A DNA stretch of 43,823 nucleotides from Acidimicrobiia bacterium (lineage in GTDB: Bacteria > Actinomycetota > Acidimicrobiia > IMCC26256 > JACDBD01): positions 1 through 43,823 of the forward strand of contig JBOGFJ010000089.1 of NCBI GenBank assembly GCA_050743385.1, in the 5' to 3' direction. Positions 22,263-30,610 of the stretch are shown here, piece by piece (the first letter of the stretch is position 1; every line of letters begins with the position of its first letter). Under the pieces are notes generated by a model. It saw only the letters and a list, made by a program, of their open reading frames with translations, had not been told where the DNA came from and searched no databases. A program made the translations under genes and the position numbers.

Positions 22263-23048
22263 GTGCCGCTGCGGATCGGGACCTCGGGCTGGCAGTACCG
22301 CGACTGGCGGGCGTCCTTCTATCCCCGTGACCTCGCCCAGCGGGCGTGGCTGCAGTACTACGCCGAGCGGTTCGCCACCGTCGAGGTCAACAACACCTTC
22401 TACCGGCTCCCCGAGCGGGCCACCTTCGCCACTTGGGGCAACCGGACCCCGGCCGACTTCGAGTTCGTGATCAAGGCCAGCCGGTTCCTCACCCACATCC
22501 GCCGCCTCAAGGAGCCGGCGGAGCCCGTCGCCCGCATGCTCGACCACGCCGCCGGCCTCGGGGCCAAGCTGGGACCGGTACTGGTGCAGCTCCCGCCCAA
22601 CCTGCGGGCCGACCCCGCCCGCCTCGACGACACGCTCGCCCGCTTCCCCGCCGGCCAGCGCGTGGTCGTCGAGCCCCGCCACGAGTCGTGGTTCACCGAC
22701 GATGTCTACGAGCTCCTGGCCGCGCGCGACGCCGCCCTGTGCCTCACCGACCGGCTCGGCCGCCGAGGCCCGGTCGAGCGGACGGCGAACTGGACGTTCC
22801 TCCGCTTCCACGAGGGCACCGCCCACCCCCACCCCTGCTACGGCGACCGCGCCCTCGCGGGTTGGCTCGACCGCCTGGCGGAGCGGTGGCCCCGGCACGC
22901 CGATTGCTACGTGTTCTTCAACAACGACCCTCGCGCGTGCGCGGTGCGGAACGCGGCGAGGTTCGCGCAGCTCGCGGCGCGGGCCGGGCTCAGCCCGACC
23001 CGCGCGCCCGACCCGAAGAGCATCCGGGTCGTCGGCGCGCGCCGCTAG
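22263..23048 (+). CDS. DUF72 domain-containing protein
   Basis: MPLRIGTSGWQYRDWRASFYPRDLAQRAWLQYYAERFATVEVNNTFYRLPERATFATWGNRTPADFEFVIKASRFLTH... is the canonical DUF72 N-terminus. GTG start. Confidence 0.9.
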   Translation: MPLRIGTSGWQYRDWRASFYPRDLAQRAWLQYYAERFATVEVNNTFYRLPERATFATWGNRTPADFEFVIKASRFLTHIRRLKEPAEPVARMLDHAAGLGAKLGPVLVQLPPNLRADPARLDDTLARFPAGQRVVVEPRHESWFTDDVYELLAARDAALCLTDRLGRRGPVERTANWTFLRFHEGTAHPHPCYGDRALAGWLDRLAERWPRHADCYVFFNNDPRACAVRNAARFAQLAARAGLSPTRAPDPKSIRVVGARR

Positions 23049-23175
23049 CTTCCACCTCGTGCAGATACGCCGTCGCCGCGTCCACGACCGGGAGATCCTG
23101 CGGCTGGCACTCCTGAACCCCGGCTGACCGGGTTCTCGGCTTGCACGGTCGCTCGCGACGCGGTGAGCTTCGCGG

Positions 23176-24096
23176 GTGACCGACCCTGCGGGCGATCCCC
23201 GCCCGACCCTCCGGGCATCGGAACCCGACCGACAGCCTCCGCCGGTCGACCTGGGTGCTCCCAGCACCGAGCTCGTACCGGTCCCGCCCGACGACCGCCT
23301 CGACGAGGAGCTGCGCCAAGGCGACGTCGATCGCTGGGGGCGTAGCGAGAGCATCCGCGAGATCGCCCGCACGATCTACGATCCGCTCTACCGCTACTGG
23401 TTCCGAGCGGAATGGGAAGGCCTCGAGCACATTCCCGCGCATGGCGGTGCCCTGCTCGTCGCCAACCATGCCGGCGCGATCCCCGCGGACGCGCCCGCGA
23501 TCATGCACGGGGTCGAGACCGAGCTCGGCCGGCCGGTCTACGGGCTGGCCGAGTTCCTCTTCCGCGACGTGCCGGTCGTCGGCACGCTGTGGGCACGGGC
23601 AGGGGGTGTCACGGCCCACCCCGAGAACGCCTACCGCCTCCTGTACGACGACCACCAGCTCGTGCTGGCGTTCCCGGAGGGGGTGAAGGGCACGGGCAAG
23701 CTCTACCGTGACCGCTACCAGCTCCGCCGCTTCGGCCGGGGCGGGTTCGTCGAGATCGCCATGCGGTCGGGCGTGCCGGTCGTTCCGATCGCCGTCGTCG
23801 GGGCCGAGGAGTCGATGCCCGTCGTATGGAAGAGCCCGCGCCTGGCCAAGCTGCTGGGCGTCCCCTACGTCCCGGTGACCGTCAACATGCTCATGTTCGG
23901 TCCGCTGGGCCTGGTGGCCTACTTCCCGGCGAAGTTCAAGTTCCGCGTGCTGCCGCCCGTCCACTTCAACGTGGAGCCCAACCAGGAGCGCTACTCGCGG
24001 AGCCGGGTGATGGAGGAGGCCGACCGGATCCGCGCCCGGATCCAGGACGCGCTCTACGACATGCTCCGGACGCGCAAGAGCGTTTGGGCAGGCTGA
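23176..24096 (+). CDS. lysophospholipid (1-acyl-sn-glycerol-3-phosphate-type) acyltransferase family protein
   Basis: LLVANHAGAIPADAPAI matches the NHxxxxD acyltransferase motif and VLAFPEGVKGTGK matches the FPEG motif. GGFVEIAMRSGVPVVPIAVVGAEE is also present. Confidence 0.85.
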   Translation: MTDPAGDPRPTLRASEPDRQPPPVDLGAPSTELVPVPPDDRLDEELRQGDVDRWGRSESIREIARTIYDPLYRYWFRAEWEGLEHIPAHGGALLVANHAGAIPADAPAIMHGVETELGRPVYGLAEFLFRDVPVVGTLWARAGGVTAHPENAYRLLYDDHQLVLAFPEGVKGTGKLYRDRYQLRRFGRGGFVEIAMRSGVPVVPIAVVGAEESMPVVWKSPRLAKLLGVPYVPVTVNMLMFGPLGLVAYFPAKFKFRVLPPVHFNVEPNQERYSRSRVMEEADRIRARIQDALYDMLRTRKSVWAG

Positions 24097-24104
24097 GACG
24101 AACC

Positions 24105-25142
24105 GTGCGCGTCCTCGTCACGGGCATCGGCACCTTCTGGGGCAGCCGCATCGCCCAGGAGCTGGAGGCGCGCGACGACGTGGAGGTCGTCGTCGGTCTG
24201 GGGGTCGGCGAGCCCGTGCTCCCATTGGAGCGCACCGAATACGTCCGGGCCGACTCGGGTTACTCGATCCTCCAGCGGATCGTGCACGCGACCCAGGTCG
24301 ACACGATCGTGCACACCCACCTCGTCGTCGATTCCACCCAGCTGAGTGCTCGGGCGACGCACGAGATCAACGTCATCGGGACCATGAACCTGCTCGCGGC
24401 CGCGGGCACTGCCGGCAGCCCGGTGCGGAAACTGATCGTCAAGAGCTCGACACTCGTCTACGGGTCGGGCAAGGCCGACCCCTACGTGTTCCGGGAGCAG
24501 TCGACGCGCACGACCCCGGTGCGCACTCGAGTCGAGCGCTCGCTCCTCGAGGTCGAGAGCTTCGTCGCCGACTTCTCGGAGGACAGCCCGCACGTGACCG
24601 TCACGTTGCTGCGATTCTCCAACGTCCTCGGCGATCACATGCAAACCCCGTTCGGCAGGGCGCTGCGGCTCCCGGTCGCGCCCGAGATCCTCGGCTTCGA
24701 CCCGCTGCTCCAGTTCACGCACGAGGACGACGCCTGCTCGGCCCTCATCCACGCCACGGTCAAGGACGTGCCCGGTGTCTACAACGTCGCCGGCGACGGC
24801 ACGATGCCCTGGAGCGAGGTATGCAAGATCGTCGGCAAGCGACGCGTCCCGCTCCCGCCCGTGTTCACGAACCTGGCGGCGGAGCCGCTGCGCTTCCTCC
24901 GCGTGGTCGACCTGCCGCCCGAGATGCTCTCCCTGCTGCGCTACGGCAAGGGCGTCGACAACACCCGTTACAAGCGGACGGGCTTCCAGTACCGCTTCTC
25001 GACCGCGGGCGCCGTCGAAGACTTCGCCCGCGGCCTGCGCCTCGAGTCGACCGTGGGCGAGCGTCATCCCGCTTACCGGTATCAGCGCGACGTCGAGACG
25101 TTCTTCCGCCACTCCTCCGCCGTAGTGCCGGACCGCGAGTAG
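24105..25142 (+). CDS. NAD-dependent epimerase/dehydratase (extended SDR) family protein
   Basis: GTG 24105: VRVLVTGIGTFWGSRIAQELE (Rossmann-type glycine motif)...DTIVHTHL...KLIVKSSTLVYGS...VTLLRFSNVLG. Confidence 0.85.
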   Translation: MRVLVTGIGTFWGSRIAQELEARDDVEVVVGLGVGEPVLPLERTEYVRADSGYSILQRIVHATQVDTIVHTHLVVDSTQLSARATHEINVIGTMNLLAAAGTAGSPVRKLIVKSSTLVYGSGKADPYVFREQSTRTTPVRTRVERSLLEVESFVADFSEDSPHVTVTLLRFSNVLGDHMQTPFGRALRLPVAPEILGFDPLLQFTHEDDACSALIHATVKDVPGVYNVAGDGTMPWSEVCKIVGKRRVPLPPVFTNLAAEPLRFLRVVDLPPEMLSLLRYGKGVDNTRYKRTGFQYRFSTAGAVEDFARGLRLESTVGERHPAYRYQRDVETFFRHSSAVVPDRE

Positions 25143-25145
25143 CGC

Positions 25146-25886
25146 GTGCCCGTCCACGTCGAACGGGAAGGGCGCGTCGCCGTCCTGACGATCGACGATC
25201 CCGAGCGGCGGAACGCGCTGACGCCGGCGCTCGTCGACGAGATCGTGGCCGCCGTCGAGGCGGCCGATGGCGACGACGGCGTCGGCGCACTCGTCGTGAC
25301 CGGCGCGCCGCCCGCGTTCTGCTCGGGCGCCGACGTCGGGAAGCTCGCGGCCGTGGGTGAGAAGCGGCGGTCGGAGTCGAGCGGTGAGGATCTTCGGGGC
25401 GTGTACGAAGGTTTCCTCCGCGTCCTGCGCTCACCGCTGCCGACGGTCGCCGCCGTCAACGGCCCGGCCGTGGGTGCGGGGTTCAACCTCGCGCTCGCGT
25501 GCGACGTTCGAGTCGCCGGGCACAGCGCTCGCTTCGACGCGCGCTTCCTGCGTCTCGGCATCCACCCGGGCGGTGGTCACACCTGGCTGCTCGACCGGGC
25601 CGTCGGCCCTCAGGCTGCGGCCGCGATGGTGCTGTTCGGCGAGCGCGTCGACGGCCCGCGCTCGGTGGAGATCGGGCTGGCGTGGCGCTGCGTCGACGAC
25701 GACGCGCTGCTGCACGAGGCGATCACGCTCGCGCGGCGGGCGGGCGAGGCCCCGCGTGAGGTCGCGATGAGCGTGAAGGCGACGCTCCGGCAGACCCCCT
25801 GGCAGCCCGACTTCGAGGCTGCGGTCACGACCGAGCTCGAGCGCCAGGTCTGGAGCTTCGAGCAGGGCTTCTTCTCGCGGGGATAG
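25146..25886 (+). CDS. enoyl-CoA hydratase/isomerase (crotonase) family protein
   Basis: VAVLTIDDPERRNALTPALVDEIVAAVEAAD...ALVVTGAPPAFCSGADV...PTVAAVNGPAVGAGFNLALACDVRVA is the crotonase oxyanion-hole pattern. Confidence 0.85.
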   Translation: MPVHVEREGRVAVLTIDDPERRNALTPALVDEIVAAVEAADGDDGVGALVVTGAPPAFCSGADVGKLAAVGEKRRSESSGEDLRGVYEGFLRVLRSPLPTVAAVNGPAVGAGFNLALACDVRVAGHSARFDARFLRLGIHPGGGHTWLLDRAVGPQAAAAMVLFGERVDGPRSVEIGLAWRCVDDDALLHEAITLARRAGEAPREVAMSVKATLRQTPWQPDFEAAVTTELERQVWSFEQGFFSRG

Positions 25887-25893
25887 CTTGCTC

Positions 25894-26502
25894 TCAGCTC
25901 AGGAACTTCCCCACGATCTCGTCGGCGCGCTCGCCCCATTCCTCGACGGTGATCGCGAAGCGAGAGTGGTCTTCCCACACGCCCCTGATCTGGAGGAACC
26001 GCTCGGCGAGCCCCTCCTCGCGGAGCCCGAGCTTCTCCACGACACGACGGCTGGCCGTATTGCGCGGGACGATCGCGGCCTCGATGCGGTGCAGGCCGAG
26101 CTCCTCGAACCCGTAGCGCAGGATCAGCGCGACGCCCTCGGGTACGTGGCCCTTCCCGGCGTGCTCCTCGTCGACCCAGTAGCCGACGAACGCTGACTGG
26201 AACGGTCCCCGCTGGACGCTCCCCAGGCTCACCTCGCCGATGAACTCGCGACCGCGCAGGAACATCCCGAATCCGTAGGCGGTGTCGAAATGGCGCTGGC
26301 GCTCCCAGGCCCCGCAGCGGGCGCGGAACGCCTCCGGGTCGCGCACCGGGTCGGGGCTGGTCGGGTCGGGCAACGGCTCCCACGGCTCCAGCCAGTCGCG
26401 GCTGCGCTCGCGCACCGCCCGCCATGCCTCGAAGTCGCCGCCCTTGAGGGGGCGCAACTCGACCCGCGGTCCGACCAGTGTGTCTTTCTTCCCCCGTTTC
26501 AC
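25894..26502 (-). CDS. GNAT family N-acetyltransferase (RimJ-like); start uncertain
   Basis: VELRPLKGGDFEAWRAVRERSRDWLEPWEP...FGMFLRGREFIGEVSLGSVQRGPFQSAFVGYWVDEEHAGKGHVPEGVALILRYGFEELGLHRIEAAIVPRNTASRRVVEKLGLREEG. GTG 26502 avoids overlap with the upstream ligase stop at 26513. ATG 26535 and ATG 26571 are alternative starts. Confidence 0.75.
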   Translation of the reverse strand: MKRGKKDTLVGPRVELRPLKGGDFEAWRAVRERSRDWLEPWEPLPDPTSPDPVRDPEAFRARCGAWERQRHFDTAYGFGMFLRGREFIGEVSLGSVQRGPFQSAFVGYWVDEEHAGKGHVPEGVALILRYGFEELGLHRIEAAIVPRNTASRRVVEKLGLREEGLAERFLQIRGVWEDHSRFAITVEEWGERADEIVGKFLS

Positions 26503-26512
26503 CGATGCGACC

Positions 26513-28474
26513 TCACCGTGCCGCCGCGACCGCATCGAGCGCGGCCGGGTCTTCGAGGCCGGAGAGGTCACCCGCCTCGGCGCCGGTGGCCACCGCCCGG
26601 ATGGCGCGCCGCATCACCTTGGCGCTGCGGGTCTTCGGGATGGCGCGCGTGAAGCGGATCCCCGACGGGGTGAAGGACTTGCCGAGCCGATCGGCCACCA
26701 ACGCCCGCAGCTCGGCCCGGAGGGCGTCGTCGGCGGCCACGGTCGGCGCGGTCACCACGTAGCACCACAGCGCCTCGCCCTTGACGTCGTCGGGCAACCC
26801 GACCGCGGCCGCCTCCACGACAGCCGGGTGCTCCACGAGGACCGTCTCGACCTCCGCGGGACCGAGCCGCTTGCCGGCGAGCTTGATCGTGTCGTCGGAG
26901 CGGCCGTGGAGGAACCACTGGCCGTCGTCGACCGACGCCCAGTCGCCGTGCCACCACACGCCCGGCCAGCGCGACCAGTACGTCTCGAGATAGCGCTCGG
27001 GATCGCGCCAGATACCGCGCGTCATGCCCGGCCAGGCCTTCGTGCACACGAGCTCGCCGACCTCGTCGCGCACTGGGTGGCCGTACTCGTCGAACACGTC
27101 GACGGCCATGCCGAGTGCGGGCCCGCCGAGGGAGCACGGTGCAATCGGCTGGGCGACGTGCGGCGAGAGGAAGCAGGCACCGACCTCCGTGCCGCCCGAG
27201 ATGTTGATCACGGGGCAGCGCGCGCCACCCACGATCTCGAAGAACCACTGCCACGGTGCGTCATTCCACGGTTCGCCCGTCGAGCCGAGCACCCGCAACG
27301 ACGAGAGGTCGTGGGCAGCGACAGGCTCATCACCGTGCGCCATCAACGCGCGTACGAGGGTGGGTGACACCCCCAGGACGTCGACGCGGTGTCGCTCGAC
27401 GAGCGACCACAACCGATCGGGGCCGGGATGGTCGGGCGCGCCGTCGTAGAGGAGGAGCGTGGCGCCGGTGGCGAGCGTCCCGACGATCTCCCATTGCCCC
27501 ATGATCCACCCGATGTCGGTGAGCCAGAAGAGCGTCTCGCCCGGGCGCAGGTCCATCTGGAAGGCGACCTCCTCGGCGATCTTGACGAGGAAGCCGCCGT
27601 GCACGTGCACCGATCCCTTGGGTCTGCCGGTCGTGCCGCTGGTGTAGGCGACGAACAACGGATGCTCGCTGTCGACGAGCGCGGCGTCGAAGCGGTCGGG
27701 TGCCCCGTCGATCAGATCGGCGAGCGGCACGTCGCGGCCCGCCTCCATGGGCACGTCGTCGCGGCCGAGACGGGACACGACGACGACCGTGTGCACCGAC
27801 GGCACCGAGGCGACGGCGGCGTCGGCGGTCTCCTTCATCGGTACGGGCTTGCCCCGGCGGGTGAAGCCGTCGGCCGTGATCACCGCGACCGCCTCCGCGT
27901 CGGCGAGTCGCACCGTGACCGCTTCGGCGCCGTACCCCGAGAAGATCGGGAGGAACAACGCGCCGAGCTTCGCCACCGCCAGCAGCGCCGCGACCGTCTC
28001 GGGGAGCATCGGGAGGAACAACCCCACCGCGTCGCCCTGTCGCACGCCTCGAGCCGCGAGACCGGCGGCGAGCCGGTCGGTGAGCGTCCGCAGCTCGGCG
28101 TAGCTCAGCGTTCGAGTCACGCCCTCCTCGCCCTCCCACCTGACGGCGGGCTGATCGCGCCGGTCGGGGTCGTCGGCGTGACGGTCGAGGCAGGTGACAG
28201 CGAGGTTGAGACGCCCCCCGACGAACCACTTCGTCCACTCGATGCCCTCCGAGGAGTCGAGCACCCGGTCGTAGGGCAGCGTGAACTCGATCCCGAGGAA
28301 CCGCACGACCGCGTCCCAGAACCACTCCGGCTCGGCGATGGAGCGGGCGAGGAGCTCGTCGAAATCGGCCAAACCGTGCCGGGCCATGAAACGACCGACG
28401 TTGCTCTGCGCAACGAGCTCCGGCGACGGTCGCCACGCGATCTCGGCCACGATCAGCAGGCTAGCGACCGTCAT
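26513..28474 (-). CDS. AMP-dependent synthetase/ligase, acetyl-CoA synthetase (ACS) family
   Basis: From ATG 28474: MTVASLLIVAEIAWRPSPELVAQSNVGRFMARHG...LFVAYTSGTTGRPKGSVH (AMP motif)...WLTDIGWIMG...GSTGEPW...GWWHGDW...GRSDDTIKLAGKRLG...IPKTRSAKVMRR. The 128-codon N-terminal extension in the track is junk-like. Confidence 0.85.
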   Translation of the reverse strand: MTVASLLIVAEIAWRPSPELVAQSNVGRFMARHGLADFDELLARSIAEPEWFWDAVVRFLGIEFTLPYDRVLDSSEGIEWTKWFVGGRLNLAVTCLDRHADDPDRRDQPAVRWEGEEGVTRTLSYAELRTLTDRLAAGLAARGVRQGDAVGLFLPMLPETVAALLAVAKLGALFLPIFSGYGAEAVTVRLADAEAVAVITADGFTRRGKPVPMKETADAAVASVPSVHTVVVVSRLGRDDVPMEAGRDVPLADLIDGAPDRFDAALVDSEHPLFVAYTSGTTGRPKGSVHVHGGFLVKIAEEVAFQMDLRPGETLFWLTDIGWIMGQWEIVGTLATGATLLLYDGAPDHPGPDRLWSLVERHRVDVLGVSPTLVRALMAHGDEPVAAHDLSSLRVLGSTGEPWNDAPWQWFFEIVGGARCPVINISGGTEVGACFLSPHVAQPIAPCSLGGPALGMAVDVFDEYGHPVRDEVGELVCTKAWPGMTRGIWRDPERYLETYWSRWPGVWWHGDWASVDDGQWFLHGRSDDTIKLAGKRLGPAEVETVLVEHPAVVEAAAVGLPDDVKGEALWCYVVTAPTVAADDALRAELRALVADRLGKSFTPSGIRFTRAIPKTRSAKVMRRAIRAVATGAEAGDLSGLEDPAALDAVAAAR

Positions 28475-28671
28475 CGGACGAACAGGTGCCAGCCGAGCCA
28501 CAACCAGCCGGCCAGCGTGAGGCCGCGCACCGCCGGCACCCGGAGCGCGGTCGAGAGCGCGCCGCCGAGCGTCGCAAGCGGGCCCCGCGAGAGACGCGCC
28601 CGGAGGTCGAGCGCGATGACGGCCGCGGCCAAGACGATCCACCCTGTGAGCGTCACCCATCGTGCGGTCAT
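28471..28671 (-). CDS. small membrane protein (66 aa)
   Basis: MTARWVTLTGWIVLAAAVIALDLRARLSRGPLATLGGALSTALRVPAVRGLTLAGWLWLGWHLFVR has two hydrophobic segments. ATGA overlaps occur on both sides (28668-28671 and 28471-28474). Confidence 0.55.
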   Translation of the reverse strand: MTARWVTLTGWIVLAAAVIALDLRARLSRGPLATLGGALSTALRVPAVRGLTLAGWLWLGWHLFVR

Positions 28672-29048
28672 CGGCGCGCCAACTCCAACCCCAGCACGAC
28701 CCACCCGAGAAACACCGCCGCCCGGAGCGGATCGTGGGCGTCGGCGGCATCGAGCATCGAGCTGATCGTCGGGTGCTCGGCCCGCGGGGACTGGAGGTAC
28801 GTGGCCAGTTGCCATCCGAATGCCGCGACGGCAAGGCCGGCCCACGCCAGGTACCCACGCCGCGGACGGTCCCGGCCGGCGCGCGGTGATCGCTCCGCCC
28901 GCAGCGCGACGATCAGCACGTACGCGGCGCCGGTCCCCGTGATTGCCAGGGCGGGCCAGGTGAAGGAGCGGGTGGTCCCCGCGAGCGACGCGGCACCGAC
29001 GAGTGCCGCTGCGGCAGCGATCGCGCGGGCGGAGAGCCGTTCTCGCAC
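28668..29048 (-). CDS. membrane protein (126 aa)
   Basis: From GTG 29048: VRERLSARAIAAAAALVGAASLAGTTRSFTWPALAITGTGAAYVLIVALRAE...YLAWAGLAVAAFGWQLATYLQ...AAVFLGWVVLGLELARR has 3-4 hydrophobic segments. Confidence 0.5.
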   Translation of the reverse strand: MRERLSARAIAAAAALVGAASLAGTTRSFTWPALAITGTGAAYVLIVALRAERSPRAGRDRPRRGYLAWAGLAVAAFGWQLATYLQSPRAEHPTISSMLDAADAHDPLRAAVFLGWVVLGLELARR

Positions 29049-29092
29049 CCGACCAGCATGGCCGCGGTGACCGCGATCGGTAGGGTGACGCC

Positions 29093-29674
29093 GTGGCTCC
29101 GGAGTCGATCGATGACCGTCTCGTCTGGATCGATCTCGAGATGACCGGGCTCGAGGTCGAACGCCACCGCATCGTCGAGATCGCCGTGCTCGTGACCGAT
29201 GCACAGCTCGAGATCCTCGACGACGGCATCGACCTCGTCGTGCACCAGCCGCCCGAGGTGCTCGCCGAGATGGACGACTTCGTGCGCAAGATGCACACGA
29301 AATCGGCGCTGCTCCCGGCGATCGAGTCGTCGACGCTGTCGCTCGAGGCCGCGGGCGCGCAGGCGCTGGCGTATGTCGGCGAACGCGTGCCCGAGCCCGG
29401 CACCGCCCCGCTGTGCGGCAACTCGATCGGGGTCGACCGCCGGTTCCTGTACCGCTACCTGCCCGAGCTCGACGCGTACCTGCATTACCGCAGCATCGAC
29501 GTCTCGTCGCTCAAAGAGCTGTGCCGCCGCTGGTACCCCGACGTCTACGCCAAGCGCCCCGGCAAGGCCGAGTCCCACCGGGCCCTGGCCGACATCCGGG
29601 AGTCGATCGCCGAGCTCCGCTACTACCGGGACCAGATGCTCCGCCCGGTCGCGGACGGCCACTCTATGCCTTGA
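29093..29674 (+). CDS. orn: oligoribonuclease
   Basis: LVWIDLEMTGLEVERHRIVEIAVLVTD...MHTKSALLPAIESS...CGNSIGVDRRFLYRYLPELDAYLHYRSIDVSSLKEL...HRALADIRESIAELRYY shows the DEDDh exonuclease motifs. GTG start. Confidence 0.9.
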   Translation: MAPESIDDRLVWIDLEMTGLEVERHRIVEIAVLVTDAQLEILDDGIDLVVHQPPEVLAEMDDFVRKMHTKSALLPAIESSTLSLEAAGAQALAYVGERVPEPGTAPLCGNSIGVDRRFLYRYLPELDAYLHYRSIDVSSLKELCRRWYPDVYAKRPGKAESHRALADIRESIAELRYYRDQMLRPVADGHSMP

Positions 29675-29699
29675 CAGACATATAACGATCCGGCAATAT
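29671..29699 (+). promoter_or_regulatory. promoter TTGACA-N17-CAATAT, apparently driving a leaderless ArsR-family mRNA
   Basis: ttgaca at 29671-29676 contains the orn TGA stop. A 17-nt spacer follows, then caatat at 29694-29699, then 6 nt, then GTG 29706. The spacer carries ATAT...ATAT half-sites that could be an ArsR operator. Confidence 0.5.
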
Positions 29700-29705
29700 A
29701 GGGCC

Positions 29706-30047
29706 GTGGCCCCCACGACCACGACCTTCGAGGTCCTCGCCGAGCCCACCCGGCGCCGCATCCTCGACCTGCTGCAGCCGGGCGAGCAGTCGGTGGGCGA
29801 GCTCGTCGGCCGGCTCGGGCTGAGCCAGCCCGGTGTCTCGAAGCACCTACGAGTCCTGCGCGACGCCGGCCTGGTGTCGGTGCGTCGCGACGCCCAGCGC
29901 CGCTGGTACCGGGTCCGCCCCGAGCCGCTGGCGGAGGTCGACGCTTGGCTCGAGCCCTACCGCCGGTTCTGGACCGAGCGCCTCGACGCCCTGGAGCGCC
30001 ACCTCGACGAGAGTCCCGACCCCGACGAGAAGGAGGACCGACCGTGA
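29706..30047 (+). CDS. ArsR/SmtB family transcriptional regulator
   Basis: FEVLAEPTRRRILDLLQPGEQSVGELVGRLGLSQPGVSKHLRVLRDAGLVSVRRDAQRRWYRV is a winged-HTH of the ArsR type. Confidence 0.85.
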   Translation: MAPTTTTFEVLAEPTRRRILDLLQPGEQSVGELVGRLGLSQPGVSKHLRVLRDAGLVSVRRDAQRRWYRVRPEPLAEVDAWLEPYRRFWTERLDALERHLDESPDPDEKEDRP

Positions 30048-30610
30048 GCGAAGCCCCGCTGATGCGAACAGACGGAACCCTGGAGGAGATCGACGGCCGG
30101 TACGTGCTGCGGTTCGAGCGCCGCTACGCCCATCCGGTCGAGCGGGTGTGGAACGCCCTCACCCGACCCGAGCAGGTGAGCCAGTGGTTCGGCGGTGAGA
30201 GCGAGATCCAGCTCGAGCTCGCCGAGGGCGGGCGCTACGAGACCAAGACCACCGGCCCGCCCGACCTCGTCGAGGCGATCGTCCGAGAGGCGGGCCAAGA
30301 CGCGCTGGAGACACGCGACACCGTGCTCCGGGTGGAGCCACCCCGGGTCTTCGAGCACACGTTCGGCGGCGACCCGGGCTCGATCGCGCGGTGGGAGCTC
30401 GAACCGGACGGTGACGGCTGTCGCTTGCGGCTCACCCATACCGAGCCAGCCGGGTTCGATGCTGCCAACGCCCCTCGCGATCTCGGCGGTTGGCACACGC
30501 TCCTCGACCTCATGGAACAGGGGCTCGCCGGTCAACCTGTCGAGTGGACTGCAGAGCACTGGGAGGAGCACCGCGACCGCTACGCCGCGACGCTCGGCTC
30601 AGCTCAGTAG
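30044..30610 (+). CDS. SRPBCC family protein (Aha1/BPI-like)
   Basis: The GTG overlaps the ArsR stop (GTGA). YVLRFERRYAHPVERVWNALTRPEQVSQWFGG...VFEHTFGGD...RLRLTHTEP is the usual ArsR-partner SRPBCC pattern. Confidence 0.85.
   Translation: MSEAPLMRTDGTLEEIDGRYVLRFERRYAHPVERVWNALTRPEQVSQWFGGESEIQLELAEGGRYETKTTGPPDLVEAIVREAGQDALETRDTVLRVEPPRVFEHTFGGDPGSIARWELEPDGDGCRLRLTHTEPAGFDAANAPRDLGGWHTLLDLMEQGLAGQPVEWTAEHWEEHRDRYAATLGSAQ

Noticed and set aside
28475-28858. The N-terminal extension of the ACS-family ORF (781-aa version in the track).
   Set aside because: The extension is Arg/Pro/Ala-rich and overlaps two hydrophobic small ORFs in another frame that are linked by ATGA junctions. ACS-family homology begins right after ATG 28474 (AWRPSPELVAQSNVGRFM...).
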